This document shows, one piece after another, positions 58,021 to 64,000 of a stretch of 64,000 bases of DNA (its first letter is position 1; every line of letters begins with the position of its first letter). The notes under the pieces are model-generated. The model made no database searches, was not told where the DNA came from, and saw only the letters and a list, made by a program, of their open reading frames with translations. Source of the stretch: a virus. Its lineage: Duplodnaviria > Caudoviricetes. The stretch spans positions 1 to 64,000 of IMG/VR virus record IMGVR_UViG_3300021255_002065, one strand, 5' to 3'. The translations under genes and the position numbers were made by a program.

Positions 58021-61000
58021 TTATACTAAAATCTCATCATCAATAATATTAATTTCGATATTTTCTTCATCCAATACAAACATCTCCGGAACATATCGTT
58101 CCAATTCGTTTGTTGGCATATCTTCCAAGCGCCTCCACCTCTGCACAATACTCTGTGTCATCGCGTCCATATAATTTCCATTTGGGTCGTTCTTTTCATT
58201 CGTATACCAACCGTTGAATTTTAAATATGCCACATTGTCATGTGATTCCATACGTTGAATGATATGAGAAACGTAAATATTATTATTCATCGTCACCAAT
58301 TGCTTTGGTGTATGCACAGTGGTTAAGCGATTGAAATAATCACGTACAATCAATCTTAATTCTTGTTTTGTATTGGAAGCTAATGCACGATTGTACAATT
58401 TTACATCAAATGAAATTTGAATATTTAGATCTGGCCAGAACAAATCATCACTTGCATAATATTGTTTATCGGAACAATAGCTATGTGGTAGACCATATGT
58501 GGCGACTAGTTTGCAATCCAGATAATGGTTTCCTTCCAAACGTTTGAAGATGACTGGTTCAATGGCTTTGTGTACCTGTGTGAAGGTTTTGACAAAGTCT
58601 TTGAATTTGTCGGATTTCATCAAAGAATATTCTACAAATGGCATGAGTTGGACTGTCATTCCACCATTCACATTAGATGTTTCGAATACTGTATTGATGA
58701 TATCTTTATAACTACATAGGATTCCATAAATGTCTTCCCAAACAATCACATTGTCCTGTTTGGTCAATGTACCATCTACAAGTTTGAATATCGTATCCAA
58801 ACCATCATCTTCTTTTATTACATAATATACATTTTCAACAGGTGCGAGTTCAATTGTACAATCTTCATCTTCATATAGTTTGGAATAATCCTTCTCCGTT
58901 TCAGGAATATCATCTACATTTACATCTCCGATTTTTTCAATTACATAAAGCATGTATTTTAAATTATCACGAACAGTGGAGATGTATGTTGTATCATTCG
59001 GAACTACATCTGTTCTACCATAATTGATATTTTTATATGATTTTGTCGTTTCATCATAAACTGGGATAACTGTAACAATATTAAATTGATATGGATTTTC
59101 TGCATATGTTTCATATGGATATTCGTTAACAAGATCTTCCCCTAAATTCAATACATAATCTCGATCACGTATTAGTGCATCATCACTGTTATCATAGATG
59201 GATTTTGGATGATTGATAATAAAGTCATAGTAGATCCGATAATTGGATATGGCATCAGCATAACGGGTATCAAATTCCTTGGCATAAACAATTTGTATAT
59301 TATCATCTTGATATGAGAAGGTTTCTACATACTCATCCGCAATTAAAATGTTTAATACATCATAGATGGGCTGTATGTTTTTATCCAACAAATAGACATC
59401 ATGATCTGTTAACACATTTTCTCTACCTTTGATATCTGTGATCATAGTTTCTAATTGTTCTTTTATATGATTGGATGTCACAGACAATGCTGCACGTGTT
59501 GTTTTGTCCATATTTGCTTGATACAACATCTGGTGTTCTGCAACTGTATAAACATCATACAATGAACCATTCACGTTATAATCATAGAATGCCGACATTT
59601 CATTGTAAGTATCTACTTGTGCAATTGTTGGCATGCTGGATTCTTGAAAATCCACAACACTTCTCATCTCTTTCAACTCTTGTACCAATGAGAAGTCACG
59701 TACATAATATTGGTCATTTAATAGATAACCGGTAAAGGTATCTCCAGTTACAATATCAGAAATACGATCTGGGTTTGTATCGGATTTGAATAAGATGGAA
59801 ATACGTAATTCTGGTTCGATGGCATTGATGGTAACAACCTTACCACTACGAACAGGAGTCCAGTTACCACCACCTACATCCAAAGAAGCAATACGAATAA
59901 TATTATCCACATCCAACATTTCATTCAATGGATACATGTCTGCTTGATATAGATATGCACCGTCAGATTCACGTTGTACCGGTAACATTTCTACATGACC
60001 TGTTTCTACACCATTCAAATACGCATGTAATACCACACGTAAATTATTCTTTTCTAATTCTACCGAAGAGGATTTGATATACAACATCGCTTCATTTTCG
60101 GAGAAAGCAGAGAATGGTATGCGATAATAATCAATTGTATTAGACGAAGGGGAGGCTTTCATTGTTGCATAAGCTAAGATGGTACCTTCACTCAAGAATC
60201 CTTGGTCGCTACCATCTGATGTGACAGGATATGAGAATCGATACACACCAGCTGTTTGTACGGGTTGTGCATTTGTTGCATATGGTAAACATACATTCAC
60301 TGCATTTTGAATATTGTATACATAGTGGAGTGTACCACCATCTGTTGCATCAATTTCTTCTCCATCATCATCGTATTCAATAAATGAATAGGAAAGGTCG
60401 ATATTTAATGTGACAGTCCGATATGCTTCACCCACATTCCAGATGGCAGCTTCACCAAACTTTTGACGAGAGGTCTTATATGCTGTATCGACAGTGATGA
60501 CAGCACTAAGGATCTTGATGGGTCGATTCTGTCCTTCGGTATCATCAATACTGATATCCTCTTTCAATTGTAATGTATAATAATCCGCCGTTCCAGATTT
60601 GTTGAATTTGAGTACATCAATCGATTCCATGCCATAACATATGATTCTTGTATCCCCTGTTACTGCAATCGGTTCACATGTACCGTTCACACCCCACAAA
60701 TCAGTATGTCCATACAAGTAATCCATGTTGGCAATATCCAAATCGATTTCTTTTACATTATCCACAACAGATTCATCACGAATCCATACATCTCCCAAAG
60801 AAATATTTCCATCATCACGAACATATTTATTTCTGACACATAAATATGTCTTTGTAGGATCAAATGGTAATGCGCCTTCTGATTTCAGATGAGGTAATAA
60901 TGGAATGTCTGTTGCGAATATATCACGTGGACGATTGAAATATGTCCAAATGATTTCATTAATTTCTGGGGATGTTGCATTGATTAATAATCGCTTCACC

Positions 61001-62742
61001 CAAGCTTCCCCATGTACTGTTGTTAATTGTGACAAATCCACATAGGTTTGTACACGATAATAGTCATCTTTGTATGTGCGAGAAATCTCCACATCAATTG
61101 GTGTTGCATGATAAATGCGTGAGATATCTTCCGTATTGATATCTTTATAAGAAATTTTATCCACAGAAGGAACGCGTGTTGGTAATACTACTAAATCCAC
61201 CCATGGATTAAAGTATGCAATTGCAAATGGATCTTTTTGAATCTTTACACCAAATGGATTTGTAAAGACAAATTTCTCATTGATGGATTGTAATGTGTTT
61301 GCCGTTTCAATGACAGTGGAACCTTTGGAAACATACGGAACAACAGTCCATGTATTTTCATCACCATATCTCCAAATCCATCCGGGTGGAATGACAATCT
61401 CATTTTGTGTGATGGTGTTGTCGGAGTTGTTGAATAACATGTAATATGGAATTTTACCATGTAATGTGTTCGTTCGATATACGTTATCATTGTCATCTTT
61501 CAATGCAAGATAACCACTCCAAATTCTTCCCCATGGATCATCGCGTCGTTTATAGAAGAAGGGATATAAGATATTTTTGAAATAAAATGTCTTAAACCAT
61601 TCATCAATATCATGATCTGTAGAAATGACATTTGCGGTATTATATGCTTCGATGGTTTCTCGACGAAGTGTTTCGGTATTCCCAATATCCGTACCGCCCA
61701 AAGAACCACTGATGACAAATGCGGCTTTTGTTACATTTGCATTATTCGGATATTTGGTCGTGGCTGTAATGACACTGGGTTGTACGGATGGCGCTTCCGT
61801 GAAGTTGGCAGCTTGTCCATGAGAGGTGTATACCACAATCTCAAATGAAGAATTCATCTTCGGTACAAAGAAACGAGTTCCCATTAATTGAAACATCAGA
61901 CGAATCGTTTTTGGATTGTCCATGATGTAATGTACATATGGTTCCATATCCTTTACATCATCATGGATTGCTAAGATGTGATCTCTGGATAATGGTTTTC
62001 TAACTTCGTTCCCATCTGTATCCGTATAGACATATGTGACATCGAATCCACAAATATGTCCATCTGTTTGAATCAGATAATCTTCATTGGGAATGGCTTG
62101 TGTATTAGAATTAATGACGGTATATTTTGTTCTTGTATATTCAGATACCGAAACAAACAAACACAACCATGTGTCTGTCACACGATAAACAATATATCGG
62201 TTTTTATTGACAGCAACACAGTTTGGTTCAAAATTGGTATATTGAATATTCCATGCGGGAGCTGCAGCACCATGATTGGTTGCGGTTTCCACCGTTTTGT
62301 ATTGGAATAAGATGTCATAATCCAATGAATATACATTTCCATTTGGAAGATTAAACTTGGTATCTTTATCCAAAATGAATTCTTTAAATCCGGTATCTGG
62401 ATTATCAACTGCATTATTCATCAAATCTGACATGCGAAGTTCCAATAATAGATTCGTACAGCTAGGAGTTGCAAAAGCATATCCCAGATTGAAGATGGCG
62501 GCTTCTGCATAAATGGAATCTGGTAACACTGCTTTTGTGATGAATGATTCATTAAAATAAAAAGATGATGTAAATGCCATCTGTTCAGTTGCTTGTGAAA
62601 TGTATTCATTAATAATACTGAATGCACCCGTGTTCAACACATTCAATGGAATGTCGTGAAATACACGTGACATCAAGTTTTGTTGGATATATTGTTTGAT
62701 TCGTGAGTCATCCGAATAGTTATTTAAAACAATATCTGGCAT
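58021..62742 (-). CDS. Putative baseplate wedge protein (T4 gp6-like, jumbo-phage type)
   Basis: NESFITKAVLPDSIY, YTSHGQAANF, SLGGTD..TETLR...ISTDHD match the gp6-like motif order. Confidence 0.65.
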   Translation of the reverse strand: MPDIVLNNYSDDSRIKQYIQQNLMSRVFHDIPLNVLNTGAFSIINEYISQATEQMAFTSSFYFNESFITKAVLPDSIYAEAAIFNLGYAFATPSCTNLLLELRMSDLMNNAVDNPDTGFKEFILDKDTKFNLPNGNVYSLDYDILFQYKTVETATNHGAAAPAWNIQYTNFEPNCVAVNKNRYIVYRVTDTWLCLFVSVSEYTRTKYTVINSNTQAIPNEDYLIQTDGHICGFDVTYVYTDTDGNEVRKPLSRDHILAIHDDVKDMEPYVHYIMDNPKTIRLMFQLMGTRFFVPKMNSSFEIVVYTSHGQAANFTEAPSVQPSVITATTKYPNNANVTKAAFVISGSLGGTDIGNTETLRRETIEAYNTANVISTDHDIDEWFKTFYFKNILYPFFYKRRDDPWGRIWSGYLALKDDNDNVYRTNTLHGKIPYYMLFNNSDNTITQNEIVIPPGWIWRYGDENTWTVVPYVSKGSTVIETANTLQSINEKFVFTNPFGVKIQKDPFAIAYFNPWVDLVVLPTRVPSVDKISYKDINTEDISRIYHATPIDVEISRTYKDDYYRVQTYVDLSQLTTVHGEAWVKRLLINATSPEINEIIWTYFNRPRDIFATDIPLLPHLKSEGALPFDPTKTYLCVRNKYVRDDGNISLGDVWIRDESVVDNVKEIDLDIANMDYLYGHTDLWGVNGTCEPIAVTGDTRIICYGMESIDVLKFNKSGTADYYTLQLKEDISIDDTEGQNRPIKILSAVITVDTAYKTSRQKFGEAAIWNVGEAYRTVTLNIDLSYSFIEYDDDGEEIDATDGGTLHYVYNIQNAVNVCLPYATNAQPVQTAGVYRFSYPVTSDGSDQGFLSEGTILAYATMKASPSSNTIDYYRIPFSAFSENEAMLYIKSSSVELEKNNLRVVLHAYLNGVETGHVEMLPVQRESDGAYLYQADMYPLNEMLDVDNIIRIASLDVGGGNWTPVRSGKVVTINAIEPELRISILFKSDTNPDRISDIVTGDTFTGYLLNDQYYVRDFSLVQELKEMRSVVDFQESSMPTIAQVDTYNEMSAFYDYNVNGSLYDVYTVAEHQMLYQANMDKTTRAALSVTSNHIKEQLETMITDIKGRENVLTDHDVYLLDKNIQPIYDVLNILIADEYVETFSYQDDNIQIVYAKEFDTRYADAISNYRIYYDFIINHPKSIYDNSDDALIRDRDYVLNLGEDLVNEYPYETYAENPYQFNIVTVIPVYDETTKSYKNINYGRTDVVPNDTTYISTVRDNLKYMLYVIEKIGDVNVDDIPETEKDYSKLYEDEDCTIELAPVENVYYVIKEDDGLDTIFKLVDGTLTKQDNVIVWEDIYGILCSYKDIINTVFETSNVNGGMTVQLMPFVEYSLMKSDKFKDFVKTFTQVHKAIEPVIFKRLEGNHYLDCKLVATYGLPHSYCSDKQYYASDDLFWPDLNIQISFDVKLYNRALASNTKQELRLIVRDYFNRLTTVHTPKQLVTMNNNIYVSHIIQRMESHDNVAYLKFNGWYTNEKNDPNGNYMDAMTQSIVQRWRRLEDMPTNELERYVPEMFVLDEENIEINIIDDEILV

Positions 62743-62874
62743 GTGAATTCCTCCTTAAGTGTAATATATAAAGGTGGAACGGACATGTAAGTCCGTGCAC
62801 CATAGGTGTTCGCACGTTGACGAACTTATGATTTCGTTTTTATATCATATATAATAGAAGGAGATGAGAATGAT

Positions 62875-64000
62875 ATGGAGAAGAAAGTGCAATTAAAAGA
62901 ACAAGAGATTGTTGGACAAGAGGTTGTATTATCCGATATTTATCCAAAAACAGATACCACATCTGTTGAAGATCCTGTGACTGGAGCATCGTTGGATGTC
63001 AAGTTGGATTATCTTGTAGAAATGATCAATGACAAACTCACACGTGTTGTGAATTCTGTTAACAATAGAACAGGTGTTGTTGTATTGGATGCATCTGATG
63101 TTGGTTTGGGAAATGTAGACAATGTGTCTTATGCAGAAATCAAAGAATGGACAGATGATGCCATCGTCCAAATGTTTGCAAATAAGAAAATCATATTGGC
63201 AGATACACAAGCATCATTAGATGACTGGATGGAGACAAATAATGATCCAATCTATGACAACGTATTATTCTATATACAATCGATTGATGAAAACAACGAA
63301 TATCGTGGTAGGATTGGTTATTTGAGATATAATACAAATAATGATACATTGTATATGTCTGAATACAAAGCCATCAATACAATTGGTGAAACAGACCAAA
63401 GCCTCGTTTACCAAAATGGAAAATTGAAAGTAAGTATATCTGCTATATTCGCAAATGTATTATATAATGCAGATGATGGATTACGGGTAGACTGGGATCG
63501 AACAGGACATTTATTGTATACTTTTAATTCCATCTATGATTTTTCAAATTTAAATAATACATTAGATGGATTATTGTTGACAGATGATCATTATGGAGAT
63601 GAATCAGCTCCAAATATAGATGTCAGAATTAATGATCGAAATGTGATTAATAAGACAACGGGTCAATCTTTATTTAAATTAAATTATGACAGTATTAAGA
63701 ATAAAGCAGGTTTTAAATTATTGGATGATGGGATATCTAGTGCATATATCATCATCACAAATAGTGAAAATGATATTGCTCAAATTGAAAATATCGATTC
63801 TTTGTCGATCACACCAGAATTAATTCATCATAATACATTAGTTGGTATCTTGAGTCATTCCCGTAACACGGGTCGTTGGATGTTAAGACTTATTGCAATA
63901 AAGCAAGCAGCGTCATGGGGTTTAACAACAGATCCTGTATATCAAACACCAAACACGATTCGACATGTCAATGACAGTATTATGAGAGTGGAAACAATCG
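62875..64000 (+). CDS. Tail-fibre-like protein, 3'-truncated and missing from the ORF track
   Basis: Open to the window end; SD AGAAGGAG; contains VNSVNNRTGVVVLDASDVGLGNVDN, a common tail-fibre motif. Confidence 0.75.
   Translation, partial: MEKKVQLKEQEIVGQEVVLSDIYPKTDTTSVEDPVTGASLDVKLDYLVEMINDKLTRVVNSVNNRTGVVVLDASDVGLGNVDNVSYAEIKEWTDDAIVQMFANKKIILADTQASLDDWMETNNDPIYDNVLFYIQSIDENNEYRGRIGYLRYNTNNDTLYMSEYKAINTIGETDQSLVYQNGKLKVSISAIFANVLYNADDGLRVDWDRTGHLLYTFNSIYDFSNLNNTLDGLLLTDDHYGDESAPNIDVRINDRNVINKTTGQSLFKLNYDSIKNKAGFKLLDDGISSAYIIITNSENDIAQIENIDSLSITPELIHHNTLVGILSHSRNTGRWMLRLIAIKQAASWGLTTDPVYQTPNTIRHVNDSIMRVETI

Noticed and set aside
62770-62830. Small hairpins between the divergent baseplate and fibre genes as a riboswitch
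   Set aside because: Only two short stems and no recognisable aptamer consensus.
1-64000. Stop-codon reassignment
   Set aside because: Very long ORFs are intact under the standard bacterial code, and the helicase break changes frame, so read-through cannot fix it.
1-64000. tRNA or rRNA genes
   Set aside because: No cloverleaf with a T-loop GTTCRA was recognised in intergenic DNA by eye; a tRNAscan run would be needed to be sure.

Overview
This window is best read as part of an AT-rich jumbo myophage genome, probably infecting a Firmicute. The host inference rests on strong AGAAAGGAG-type SDs, a GH25/Cpl-7 endolysin and a BspA-type LRR protein. Virion and tail genes lie at 1-7055, 10.5-17.4 kb and 43.7-64 kb and include a T4 gp6-like baseplate protein, a Gly-rich fibre and two paralogous fibre-like proteins. 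A long minus-strand cluster of small unknown, early-type genes spans 20.6-30.4 kb. The replication and metabolism block holds the N-terminal half of a split family-B DNA polymerase, a type IIA topoisomerase A subunit, an SF2 helicase, ThyX and a DHH phosphoesterase. Lysis genes are dispersed. The top finding is that the helicase is broken inside Walker A by an 8-nt gap (GGT-TAA-CT-GGC); skipping it restores PGFGKT, the signature of programmed translational bypassing. Other highlights are a probable virion-packaged kinase-fold protein, a repeated promoter-plus-hairpin motif, a family of ATAT-centred perfect palindromes and hairpin-ACAUU-SD leaders, two candidate structured ncRNAs, three HExxH metallopeptidase-like proteins and several unannotated micro-ORFs. 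All assignments come from motif recognition by eye; no database searches were run.
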